Below, one piece after another: positions 1 through 8,023 of a DNA stretch of 59,558 nt. Where the stretch lies: assembly GCA_049644665.1 (NCBI GenBank), contig JBARSI010000045.1, forward strand, positions 1 to 59,558, written 5' to 3'. The notes under the pieces are model-generated. The model worked only from the letters and a program-made list of their open reading frames with translations, ran no database searches and was not told where the DNA came from. This DNA comes from Anaerolineales bacterium. Its GTDB lineage: Bacteria; Chloroflexota; Anaerolineae; Anaerolineales; E44-bin32. The position numbers were made by a program, and so were the translations under genes. The first letter of the stretch is position 1. Each line of letters opens with the position of its first letter.

Positions 1-192
1 TTTAATGCCAACTGTAAGCCGGTTGTACCCATTTACTCGCCACTTCCGACGCTGTTCTACCCCTTTGGTATCCTTGCTTCAACGGTGCAAGATATCGGTT
101 ATGCTGAATAAGTTCAGATAGATGTGAGACAGTAGCGAATAAAAGCAATTGGAGCCATCCTTGAGTCTGGATAAGACAAACAGGAGGCTCCA

Positions 193-1224
193 ATGCGGAT
201 AGTAGGACTACCCAGACCATTCTACTATGTTTCCCGAAGACGCCCAATTGAGATGAGTGATGCAGCTCGTCAACGACTGATGTGGTTGAAGACCTGGCAA
301 CGTTTGCGCACGGAAGGATTTTCCGCACAGAAAGCTGCCGATATCCTCAGGCTTCCACGATCAACGCTGTATCGCTGGCGGAAGCGGGTGGAGGAGAGGG
401 GATTGATTGGTCTGGAGGATGGCGATCGTCGGCCGAAACAAGTGCGCAGGCCTCAATGGTGCCCGGAGCTGGCGGAGGCTGTTCTGAGACTGCGGGAAGC
501 GCACCCGGGTATGGGTAAGGGGAAGCTATGGAAGCTGCTGGATCGTGAAGGCATGCATACATCCATCTCCACAGTGGGGCGGATCTTGAAGCGGCTGAAA
601 GCACGAGGGGTGCTCAGGGAGCCACCCAGAAATGGGATATGCACACGGAAGCGGCGCATAAAACGGCCCTACGCCATCCGGAAGCCGAAGGAATACCGGG
701 TGAGGAAACCAGGGGACATCGTGCAAGTAGACACGTTAGACGTGCGGCCGCTGCATGGGATTATCTTCAAGCAATTCACAGCCCGGGATATGGACTCTCG
801 CTGGGATGTGGTGGAAGCCTATCGCAGTGCTACGGCTGGAAACGCAAGGAAGTTCCTTGAGACACTCATTGACCGTGCGCCCTTTCCAGTGCAAGCGATC
901 CAGGTGGATGGCGGCAGCGAGTTCATGGCCCAGTTCGAGCAGGCCTGCGCGGACAAGAACATCCGCCTTTTTGTGCTCCCGCCGCGATCACCGAAACTGA
1001 ATGGACATGTGGAGCGGGCGCAGCGGACGCATACAGAAGAGTTCTATGACCTGTACATGGGAGAGCTGGATTTGAAAAGCGTCAATGAGGCACTGCGGGA
1101 TTGGGAGGTCTTCTACAACACCGTTCGTCCCCATCATTCACTTGATTTGAGGACACCGGCAGAGTATCTTTATGAATATCACTCAGATTTGGCTCCAATT
1201 CCAAAACCGTCTCATATGTCCTGA
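193..1224 (+). CDS. IS481-family DDE (rve-type) transposase
   Basis: 343-aa ORF with AGGAGG 5 nt upstream of the ATG. N-terminal HTH (LPRSTLYRWRKR). Integrase core with VQVDT, QVDGGSEF and NGHVERAQRT (DDE), and C-terminal YNTVRPHHSL. Confidence 0.85.
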   Translation: MRIVGLPRPFYYVSRRRPIEMSDAARQRLMWLKTWQRLRTEGFSAQKAADILRLPRSTLYRWRKRVEERGLIGLEDGDRRPKQVRRPQWCPELAEAVLRLREAHPGMGKGKLWKLLDREGMHTSISTVGRILKRLKARGVLREPPRNGICTRKRRIKRPYAIRKPKEYRVRKPGDIVQVDTLDVRPLHGIIFKQFTARDMDSRWDVVEAYRSATAGNARKFLETLIDRAPFPVQAIQVDGGSEFMAQFEQACADKNIRLFVLPPRSPKLNGHVERAQRTHTEEFYDLYMGELDLKSVNEALRDWEVFYNTVRPHHSLDLRTPAEYLYEYHSDLAPIPKPSHMS

Positions 1225-1376
1225 ACGAATACAACCTCTTGAACCCCGCTTGTGAATATTGTAACGTATAGAGACCTATCAACCCAGTCGGAAAGTAGGT
1301 CAAGCCGCTCACATCGCAGTCAGCCTGATATCGGAAGAGATCAAACAGTAAAAAGCGTTAGGAAGGAGTAAATAAG

Positions 1377-1955
1377 ATGGTCTTGGTCAGGAATAATCGA
1401 CGGATATCCATTTTGCTCCTGATAGTTGTGGGATTTATATTCATCGTTTCGTTTGCACTGACATATCCGGCTATTGCCGCAGCTCTGTTGTGGATCAACC
1501 CTGTCAGTGTCGATATTGAACCAGGAGGGAGCGCACACGTTGTTTTGCAGCTTTCCGATAGCACCAATGTGTACGGTGCCCTAATTAGCTTAGACTTCGA
1601 TCCATCGCTGATTGCAGTAGTGGATTCAGACCCGGGCACAAGCGGTGTTCAAATCAGCGCGGGCACTTGTCCGAAACCTGATTTCATAGTTACGAATATC
1701 GCAGATAATCTGGCGGGGACGATCGATTATACTGTGTCGCAACTCATGCCAAGTCCGCCTTGTGATGGAGGGGTTGTCGCCTCGGTTGAATTCCAGTGCA
1801 TCACACCCGATACATCAATTGATGTCAGCTTCATAGAATCGATCATCAGCGACCCTGATGGCGTTTTGATCGTACATTCGACACAGGATGGAACTGTAAA
1901 TTGTCTTGAGGAACCGTCCTACAAGATTTACCTTCCTTTGACGCTCAAAGACTGA
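1377..1955 (+). CDS. Membrane-anchored cohesin-domain protein
   Basis: 192 aa with GGAAGGAG upstream. N-terminal hydrophobic anchor (ILLLIVVGFIFIVSFAL). Cohesin-like pattern INPVSVDIEPGGSAHVVLQL..VYGALISLDFDPSLIAVV..AGTIDYTV. Confidence 0.6.
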   Translation: MVLVRNNRRISILLLIVVGFIFIVSFALTYPAIAAALLWINPVSVDIEPGGSAHVVLQLSDSTNVYGALISLDFDPSLIAVVDSDPGTSGVQISAGTCPKPDFIVTNIADNLAGTIDYTVSQLMPSPPCDGGVVASVEFQCITPDTSIDVSFIESIISDPDGVLIVHSTQDGTVNCLEEPSYKIYLPLTLKD

Positions 1956-2068
1956 TAATCGCATCCTGGGTTCTTCATTCCGACAGGATTCTCCTTTGCA
2001 AAACCTGTACTGTATAGGAGAAGGATCAGCCTCGGCGGAAGTTAGGCCAGGGTAACCACTTTTGAGAC

Positions 2069-2102
2069 AACCCCGATCTCGCAAAGGGTCGGGGGTTTTT
2101 TC
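2069..2102 (+). terminator. Rho-independent terminator after the cohesin gene
   Basis: 8-bp stem CCCCGATC/GGTCGGGG (one G-U pair) with an 8-nt loop, followed by TTTTTT at 2096-2101. Confidence 0.6.
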
Positions 2103-2250
2103 GTCTTCAAGCGGAGAACTGCGTAGAAAACCGGGTAGATCACGTGTTTCCCACGAGTTCCCAAGGGTATACCACCATCTCACCCTATTGAAATCCCCCT
2201 CGTAGCAGACTCGATTCTCTCAAGATGGTCCGGTCTCGATTTCTTGGCCA

Positions 2251-3144
2251 TCAGCACGAAGACGAATCTGGCCAATTCACGTGACTGTGACGTATAATTG
2301 AACCGCTCAGCTCGTCGCTCGGAGAACTGAATACGGCTTCATCAAAGATTCGTTGAGCTGTTGCTAACTCTGGAAACAGTTTCCCAATCCCCGCCTCGAA
2401 GAGGATCTTCGGGGTTATCGAAGCCTCATCCTTTGACATGGTTCTCTCGATGTTCCGTCTTCGCTCGTCATCAATCGAGACAAGAGAGTTGACCTTCGTG
2501 ACGCAAGCCCTGATTCGCTCTTCCATTGCGTTGAGTTTGGATTTGATCGAACCGTACTCCGTCATTGACTCTTCGATCAATCCGTCCAATTCCAAGTTGG
2601 CCCGGATGACCCTTTTACTATCAGGATGGATGGCACCAAGTTCACGAGTAACTTCATTGAGGACGTCCTTCCCCTCCGTCTCCAACCAGTACATCATGTG
2701 GGTATCACCGGTCTTCTCGGCTTGGCGGTACATCTCTGCAGCATCCGGCGGCCTCTGACGAAGTTTCTTCTCCCATCGGGATGACCAGTAGGAGAGGTGT
2801 GCCCACCCAGCCTCGTCCGTTGGTTCATGGACGTGAATGCCGAGGAACTGACCTTCAACATCATTAAAGGTCCTCGCTGTTTCAATGATCTCGCATTCGG
2901 CTTCTTCTTTCCGTCTTCGAGTGATCTCATCCTGCTTCTCAATTCTGAGGAGGAATTCTTTCTGTTTCCCCTCCATCGGGACCAGGTGGTCCTTGATCAT
3001 GTCCCTCGCTTGAAGAGCGAACATTTGACGGGAGACTTCGTTGCTTTTAAGCACCTTCTGAACGTACTTTTCAAGGTTTGAGACAATGTCCTCAAGCCTC
3101 TCAGTTCTACTCTGAATTCGTTTAATTGGTCGTGGTGTGGTCAT
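2251..3144 (-). CDS. Hypothetical protein, highly charged/alpha-helical, no recognisable family; second gene of the RHH module
   Basis: 297-aa ORF. Its ATG overlaps the stop of the upstream 82-aa ORF (ATGA), implying translational coupling. No catalytic motif recognised. Confidence 0.6.
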   Translation of the reverse strand: MTTPRPIKRIQSRTERLEDIVSNLEKYVQKVLKSNEVSRQMFALQARDMIKDHLVPMEGKQKEFLLRIEKQDEITRRRKEEAECEIIETARTFNDVEGQFLGIHVHEPTDEAGWAHLSYWSSRWEKKLRQRPPDAAEMYRQAEKTGDTHMMYWLETEGKDVLNEVTRELGAIHPDSKRVIRANLELDGLIEESMTEYGSIKSKLNAMEERIRACVTKVNSLVSIDDERRRNIERTMSKDEASITPKILFEAGIGKLFPELATAQRIFDEAVFSSPSDELSGSIIRHSHVNWPDSSSC

Positions 3145-3389
3145 GTTACATCCTCCACAATCTTCGAAGAGTATTGGTCTCTCTTCGGCTCTAGATCTTT
3201 CCGTTTCTCCTCCACCCAGTGGCGAATCAATTGAGATGGTGATCCTACAGGCTCACCAGGTGAACCTTTTCGACCACCTCGACGAAATCCCATCCTCCAT
3301 GCTTCAGCTTCGATAAACTCAACGTCCCTTTGAGATAGCCAGAGTTGGAGGAGGATCATCTCATCTTGGTTTCGTTCATCGGCCATCAT
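3141..3389 (-). CDS. Small ribbon-helix-helix (CopG/Arc-like) DNA-binding protein, putative autoregulator or antitoxin-like
   Basis: 82 aa with AAGGAGG just upstream. The second ATG at 3386 has better spacing. RHH-like layout: beta strand ILLQLWLSQRD, helix VEFIEAEAWRMG, helix SPSQLIRHWVEE. Confidence 0.5.
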   Translation of the reverse strand: MMADERNQDEMILLQLWLSQRDVEFIEAEAWRMGFRRGGRKGSPGEPVGSPSQLIRHWVEEKRKDLEPKRDQYSSKIVEDVT

Positions 3390-3406
3390 CCCCTCCTTTA
3401 TGTAAA

Positions 3407-3422
3407 TAGAACGGATGTTCTA
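3407..3422. promoter_or_regulatory. Perfect inverted repeat TAGAAC-GGAT-GTTCTA, candidate operator of the RHH operon
   Basis: The 6-bp arms are read directly. It lies between the predicted -10 and the RBS of the RHH gene. Confidence 0.5.
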
Positions 3423-3429
3423 TATATGA

Positions 3430-3458
3430 ATTATCCGTGATAAATGATATGAAATCAA
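3430..3458 (-). promoter_or_regulatory. Sigma70-like promoter of the RHH/297-aa operon
   Basis: On the minus strand: TTGATT (3458-3453), 17 nt, GATAAT (3435-3430), about 40 nt upstream of the start codon. Confidence 0.45.
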
Positions 3459-3610
3459 TGGACTGCGAAGACAGTTGGGGTAGTTAAGTAATTATGGATG
3501 TTTGCACGTAGGACTAATGGAATAGGTAGTCTCCTACCAACCCCCGGAGGAAAACGTGGGAGAACTTGATCTCTTCGGGGTTTCTGCGGTGTTCTTAGCA
3601 TGAAGCCAAT

Positions 3611-3642
3611 AAAAAACCCCAGACCGGAGAAGATCTGGGGCT
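3611..3642 (-). terminator. Rho-independent terminator of the nuclease gene
   Basis: Minus strand reads AAGCCCCAGATCTTCTCCGGTCTGGGGTTTTTT: stem CCCCAGA/TCTGGGG plus a T-run, 24 nt after the stop. Confidence 0.7.
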
Positions 3643-3665
3643 TATGAGATTGCGTGCTGATTACC

Positions 3666-5546
3666 TCAACTTTCACACCCAATACCATCATGATCACCAT
3701 CGAACCGATGAGGATCACAATCATAAACCTGAAATCGTCGATAACTGATTTGGCCACAATCTAAGTCGGGAGGTGGTGGCGGGATACACACTGAGTAACA
3801 CGGAGAACAATTCTCCCCACTCGGTGGTGGTACATACGGAGATGTTGGCCAAGGTGTTGGTGTTGGAACCCAAAGACCCACTTGACTCGATCTGGCGGAT
3901 CGTTGAGCATCCACAAAAGTATCAGAACAAGCAACATCAGGTGGGTACGTACTAGAGTAGGCAAATCCATCTCGAACCATCTGGTAATTGAGATGAATAT
4001 TTCCAATAATCACATACCGCAAGAGTCGCCCATATTGATCAGTGTCGGATACGTCTTTCACTAATATTGCTTTTTCCCCACTAGCCAGTTCAGCCATGTG
4101 TACCGAAGCATCGTATCCAAAAGGTTGGCCGTATTCCGGACAGTCAATACCAATCAATCGGACCCTGTACACAATTCCATTGATGTTGGCTGAAATCGTA
4201 TCCCCATCAACAATACTTACGATCTCCCCTTCCTCCCTCGTAGTTCCCGTCGGGATACATGACAGATTGCTCCCGGAGGGGATAGCTGGTGTAGGGGTGC
4301 TAGTGATAGTTGGGGTTGGTGTAATCGTTGGTGTTTGAGTAATAGTAGGTGTCAGCGTTCTAGTTGGAGTAAATGTGTTCGTCGGAGTATTTGTAGAAGT
4401 CTGCGTTGGGGTTCGTGTTGGAGTGGGTGTCTTTGTTGGTGTTGGTGTTAATGTGGGAATCGAATCTGCGATTATTCCTCCAAGTGCACCAGCAGCGGCT
4501 ACTGATTGGAGGCAGAAACCTCCCGCAAATAAAATTGGCAAGAGAATACCAACTAGCGAAGGGTTGATTCTTCCTCCAAATGAAGGGTATGAACGCTTCA
4601 GATAGTTCCGGAATGTTATGGATGCAAACGTCTCTAATACATTATTAATTTCGCTCAGGTTCTGATCTAATTCTCTTCGAAGGTCGTTCGCTTCAATCTC
4701 ATTCCTATCGTTGACCTCATGTCTTCTCCTAGATTCTTCTCTGATGGCCTCCAAATCTTGAGCTAGCTGATCAAACCCCGCAGCCTCTTCTTCATCCGTT
4801 TCGTCTATCAGCGACCGATATTTTGATCGTATTTGGTCTTCAACCTCATCGCTGATGTTTAACGGCTTAGTACTATCCAGCTCATGTTCGACAGCTCTCC
4901 TCCAGTAAAGCATGGCCTGGACTTTGGCATCACCAAATCCACTGATGGCCCCCACTCTACCTTCTGACACATCATATGCATTTCGAATTCCATTCTGAAC
5001 GAGTCGCTCCTTAAGCTTTGGTCCAACACCTGATATTTTCGCATCCCTAATTGAAGCTCCCTTCATCCCTTCAAGATAGTGACGTTCTTGCAATGTAGAA
5101 AGGGTAGCATCAAGTTCCTGTCTCTCACTTAATCGAATTTGATCCCGGCGGTTATCGAGTTGAGCCACCGTTGCGTCATGGATAGCTTGGCGCTTCGCTG
5201 ACTGCGATTCAGCTTCTTTGTGAATGGTATCTCGAAGTTTAGTTATCCTTGATAGGTCTTTTCGATTCTTCGAGATTTGACCCTTAACAGAACTAAGGTC
5301 AGAGAGTAACGCCATTTTGTCTTTTACAACTTCCTGGCCTCGATAAGTCCTATAGAGGAAAAAAACAATGATTCCAATGAGACTTATCGCCACCAAAGCA
5401 AATATCAGCATTACCCAATTAAGAGCACCCCTCCCAAATAAAAACACTCCTCCGACAACGAGGAGTGTTCCTACTAAGATATAGCTGCCAATATTTATTA
5501 TTTTTTGATCAGGCGAGAAGTCTTTCTCGAACGCTTTATTATTCAT
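3666..5546 (-). CDS. Multi-domain membrane protein: 2 N-terminal TM helices, cytoplasmic coiled-coil/helix-hairpin-helix region, third TM, PT-rich linker, staphylococcal-nuclease (SNase) domain, Excalibur Ca-binding domain
   Basis: 626 aa with GAGGGTGG upstream. TM helices at about aa 21-38, 44-65 and 330-360. HhH-like ISGVGPKLKERLVQNGI / ISGFGDAKVQAMLYWRR. SNase motifs IVDGDTI..RVRLIGIDCPE..YGRLLRYV. C-terminal DGDHDGIGCE (Excalibur). Confidence 0.8.
   Translation of the reverse strand: MNNKAFEKDFSPDQKIINIGSYILVGTLLVVGGVFLFGRGALNWVMLIFALVAISLIGIIVFFLYRTYRGQEVVKDKMALLSDLSSVKGQISKNRKDLSRITKLRDTIHKEAESQSAKRQAIHDATVAQLDNRRDQIRLSERQELDATLSTLQERHYLEGMKGASIRDAKISGVGPKLKERLVQNGIRNAYDVSEGRVGAISGFGDAKVQAMLYWRRAVEHELDSTKPLNISDEVEDQIRSKYRSLIDETDEEEAAGFDQLAQDLEAIREESRRRHEVNDRNEIEANDLRRELDQNLSEINNVLETFASITFRNYLKRSYPSFGGRINPSLVGILLPILFAGGFCLQSVAAAGALGGIIADSIPTLTPTPTKTPTPTRTPTQTSTNTPTNTFTPTRTLTPTITQTPTITPTPTITSTPTPAIPSGSNLSCIPTGTTREEGEIVSIVDGDTISANINGIVYRVRLIGIDCPEYGQPFGYDASVHMAELASGEKAILVKDVSDTDQYGRLLRYVIIGNIHLNYQMVRDGFAYSSTYPPDVACSDTFVDAQRSARSSQVGLWVPTPTPWPTSPYVPPPSGENCSPCYSVCIPPPPPDLDCGQISYRRFQVYDCDPHRFDGDHDGIGCES
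4287..4457 (-). repeat. Low-complexity Pro/Thr linker-coding repeat inside the nuclease gene
   Basis: Encodes TLTPTPTKTPTPTRTPTQTSTNTPTNTFTPTRTLTPTITQTPTITPTPTITSTPTP (aa 364-420). The DNA is a degenerate GGTGTTGG-type repeat on the plus strand. Confidence 0.9.
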
Positions 5547-5673
5547 TGTTATCCACCCTCTGATTTAAGAAGTGCTTGTCACAATTATTGAATAGATCGG
5601 ATTAATACCTATAATAAGTTCTTCTCGCATCCCCGGTCGCCTCCAGCGATTTGTTTGGCGCAGTGGGGCAGAG

Positions 5674-6492
5674 CTAATACGCCCCAGGCGCTCGTAGTGC
5701 TGCGGGAATGGTCTTGACAAGAATCTTGGCATCGAGGTAAAGAGACCAATTATCGACGTAGTGCTTGTCTTGCTTTGATCGCTCTCTATAATCACTATGC
5801 GGTGCATTACTTATTTGCCAAAGACCAGTTATCCCAGGATGTACGGTCTTGTACGCGGAAAAAGCCTCTTTGCTATACTCTTCAATTTCCTGGGGAGATA
5901 GGGGATAAGGGCCGACCAGGCTCATATCCCCCCGAAGAACGTTTATGAGTATAGGTAGCTCATCGATGCTGGTTCTTCTTAGATATCTTCCCGCACGAGT
6001 GACACGGGGATCGTCAGGGTCTCTCTGCATAGTCCTGAATTTCAGGACGCTTATATCCTTACCGCCTATACTAATTCGTTTTTGGACAAGGAAAATAGGC
6101 CCTTTATCGTCAATAAGTATAGCAATACCGACTAAGATGATAAGCGGGGCCGTCAGTAGTAACCCAAGTGTGCTGACCAGAATATCCAGCAAGCGCTTCA
6201 ACCTTCTGTCTATCGGGGCTGGTGTCTTCCGGAAAGCTGATGAGAGTAATAGAGTTACAAGGATGGCCAATACCGTAAGGTATATAAGAGCTATGATTTG
6301 TGAATAGTCCGCAAGTATCCATGCAATCGAGAATAATACCAATGCACCGAGTGATGCTAGCACAATCGCCACTAGGCGTCCCAAGAAGACTCTAATAAAC
6401 GTTTCGGAACCAACCTCGATTGGCAATCTTTGACTTCCATTATCGGCACGGCTATCAGTTCCACGTGAGATTGAGCCGTCCTGCTTACTCAT
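5674..6492 (-). CDS. Polyprenyl-phosphate sugar phosphotransferase (bacterial sugar transferase, WbaP/ExoY-like)
   Basis: 272 aa. TM helices followed by [49 protein letters not shown] and PGITGLWQ. Confidence 0.85.
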   Translation of the reverse strand: MSKQDGSISRGTDSRADNGSQRLPIEVGSETFIRVFLGRLVAIVLASLGALVLFSIAWILADYSQIIALIYLTVLAILVTLLLSSAFRKTPAPIDRRLKRLLDILVSTLGLLLTAPLIILVGIAILIDDKGPIFLVQKRISIGGKDISVLKFRTMQRDPDDPRVTRAGRYLRRTSIDELPILINVLRGDMSLVGPYPLSPQEIEEYSKEAFSAYKTVHPGITGLWQISNAPHSDYRERSKQDKHYVDNWSLYLDAKILVKTIPAALRAPGAY

Positions 6493-6800
6493 GGCACTTC
6501 TTCCTCAACATCCTTTTCAATCGAGGATATCAGATTCTTCGAGCGCAAGTAGATAATTCGCATGTCAGAGTATACGTAGAGCCCAATAGTATATAGAGTC
6601 AGTGTTGCCAAGAGTGCTTGCGTTACAATAAACATCCAATATGTAAGTCCTGTAGGTCTTATATAATCCACAAACTTATCAACGCCGATGTTGACCCCAA
6701 GCCCCATCAATATATAGACGGCATCCACGACAGTAGAAACGATGAACACCATAAAGGTCGCTACTGTGTTATTGATGTGTTCTTTCCAGTTGCCAAACAT
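6489..6800 (-). CDS. Small integral membrane protein (3 predicted TM), unknown function
   Basis: 103 aa. Its stop overlaps the start of the sugar transferase by 4 nt (ATGA-type coupling). Confidence 0.5.
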   Translation of the reverse strand: MFGNWKEHINNTVATFMVFIVSTVVDAVYILMGLGVNIGVDKFVDYIRPTGLTYWMFIVTQALLATLTLYTIGLYVYSDMRIIYLRSKNLISSIEKDVEEEVP

Positions 6801-6917
6801 GTGTGATAGTGAGTTCCTTGATCTGCATTAGCATTATTCCCCCTAACAGCCTCGATCTGAGCGGCCTGTAGCAGATCAATACCATTATTGCATACTTCTA
6901 CGACCACAAGAATAAAA

Positions 6918-7898
6918 TCAACAAGGCAACTCCAACGACTCAGCAGCCTCTCTCAACGATTCAAGTCCTCTTCGATCATATATCGCAGTCGTCTCAACAG
7001 ACCTATGTCCAGCAAGTTTTGCAACTGAGGCAAGGTCGTTTCCGTTTGAAAGCAGGTTCGTGATGTAGGTTCTCCTGCAATCATGAGGAGAAACTTTATC
7101 TATCTTAGCCTCGATCCATCTTCTTTCGAGGATAGCGTAGACAGCCGCAGGTTTGAGTCTCTCTGTGTAAATCAAACCGCCAACGTGGATCTGCGTGAAA
7201 AGTGGACCTTCATCTTTTCCACGAAGGTCCACCCAGATCGAGATCGCTCGATTGACTTGTTTACTTATTGGCACTTCCCTTGGTCTCCTCCCCTTTCCTG
7301 TTCGAACTACCAGAACGCAGTCTTCTGATAACCAGTCTTCAATATCTAAGTCAGAGACCTCCGTCCTTCGTAGACCAGCACCCAACATTACAGCGAGCAT
7401 CGCCGTGTCTCGTATCCCCCCTACACCTCCATTCGATTTGCAAGCATCGAAGAGAGACTTGATCTCTTTTTTAGTCAACGCCCTCCCCGCAGGGAGTGAC
7501 TCACCTCGAAGATTGGGTTCAGCCGTGATTCGCAAGAAATCAGGATCAGAGATCAACCCCATCTTCCACGCTTCCCGAATGACTCCCTTCACACCACTCA
7601 ATATCATATTCGCAGTCCCCACCGAATACGGCTTCTCCTTCGTGGGAGTTGGGTTCGGCGATATCAGTTTTGCCTTCAACGCCGCTAAATGTTGATAACG
7701 CATTTTTGTCCAGTCAAGATTCAAACAATCACTCTGTCCACTTGAGAGAATCGAGGCAGCAAGATTGAGACACCACCTCATCCCATACCTTGAATTCTCA
7801 GTTGTGAGTCGAGCCAAATAAACCGCAGCAGGATTATGATCTAATGGAATTGTAATCATCGTTTGGATTTCTTTGTTTACGTGAACGATCTCATTCAT
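6918..7898 (-). CDS. Tyrosine recombinase/integrase (phage-integrase family), catalytic residues intact
   Basis: 326 aa with AAGGAG upstream. GLRRTEV (Arg), HDCRRTY (His-x-x-Arg), LAGHRSVETTAIYDRR (His, Tyr). Confidence 0.85.
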   Translation of the reverse strand: MNEIVHVNKEIQTMITIPLDHNPAAVYLARLTTENSRYGMRWCLNLAASILSSGQSDCLNLDWTKMRYQHLAALKAKLISPNPTPTKEKPYSVGTANMILSGVKGVIREAWKMGLISDPDFLRITAEPNLRGESLPAGRALTKKEIKSLFDACKSNGGVGGIRDTAMLAVMLGAGLRRTEVSDLDIEDWLSEDCVLVVRTGKGRRPREVPISKQVNRAISIWVDLRGKDEGPLFTQIHVGGLIYTERLKPAAVYAILERRWIEAKIDKVSPHDCRRTYITNLLSNGNDLASVAKLAGHRSVETTAIYDRRGLESLREAAESLELPC

Positions 7899-7914
7899 CG
7901 CACTTTCTCCTTAA

Positions 7915-7943
7915 GTGAAAAAAGGCCTAAACAGGCCTTTCTG
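7915..7943 (-). terminator. Terminator-like hairpin immediately upstream of the integrase RBS
   Basis: Minus strand reads AAAGGCC-TGTTTA-GGCCTTTTTTCAC. No minus-strand gene lies upstream of it in the present context. Confidence 0.4.
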
Positions 7944-8023
7944 GACAATCTACTTACGTCGAACCCCTGCAGTATGCCATCCGTACCTTGCGGTGACGAC
8001 CTCGAAGCATCTATAATCGCTTT

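Larger units (their letters stand above)
1..7943. mobile_element. Putative integrated accessory island (left end outside the window), with an IS481-type transposase at one side and a tyrosine integrase at the other
   Basis: Transposase (193-1224) and an integrase with intact catalytic residues (6918-7898) flank non-housekeeping cargo. Long A+T-rich stretches are visible here, unlike the region right of 8 kb (no number computed). Housekeeping genes begin at 8024. No flanking direct repeats could be identified by eye. Confidence 0.4.

Noticed and set aside
2-328. 108-aa minus-strand ORF running to the window edge
   Set aside because: It overlaps the transposase start and RBS, has a non-protein-like composition and no motif. 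It is most likely a shadow ORF within the IS leader.
1-1376. Attempt to define the IS481 terminal inverted repeats (e.g. GGTTGTA at 22-28 vs 1231-1237, ATTTACTC at 31-38 vs 1362-1369)
   Set aside because: Only 7-8-nt matches were found, with poor or gapped extension, which is expected by chance. One candidate overlaps the cohesin RBS. The left IS end may lie outside the window, so no boundaries are reported.
2626-2646. R-x5-H motif (RELGAIH) in the 297-aa protein as a possible HEPN RNase signature
   Set aside because: It is a single short motif without the surrounding HEPN helical pattern that I can verify by eye. This is insufficient to call a domain.
3455-3757. 100-aa minus-strand ORF
   Set aside because: It overlaps the 3' end of the nuclease gene in another frame and spans its terminator, so it is probably spurious.
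4287-4457. Short-period DNA repeat that could be mistaken for a microsatellite or CRISPR-like array
   Set aside because: It is in frame within the nuclease ORF and encodes a Pro/Thr linker. It has no unique spacers of constant length.
7958-7979. GTCGAACCCCTGCAGTATGCCA resembling a tRNA T-loop/acceptor 3' end next to the integrase (possible att remnant)
   Set aside because: No complementary T-stem or acceptor 5' strand is present on either strand, and no intact tRNA can be folded from 7899-8023. The resemblance is too short.
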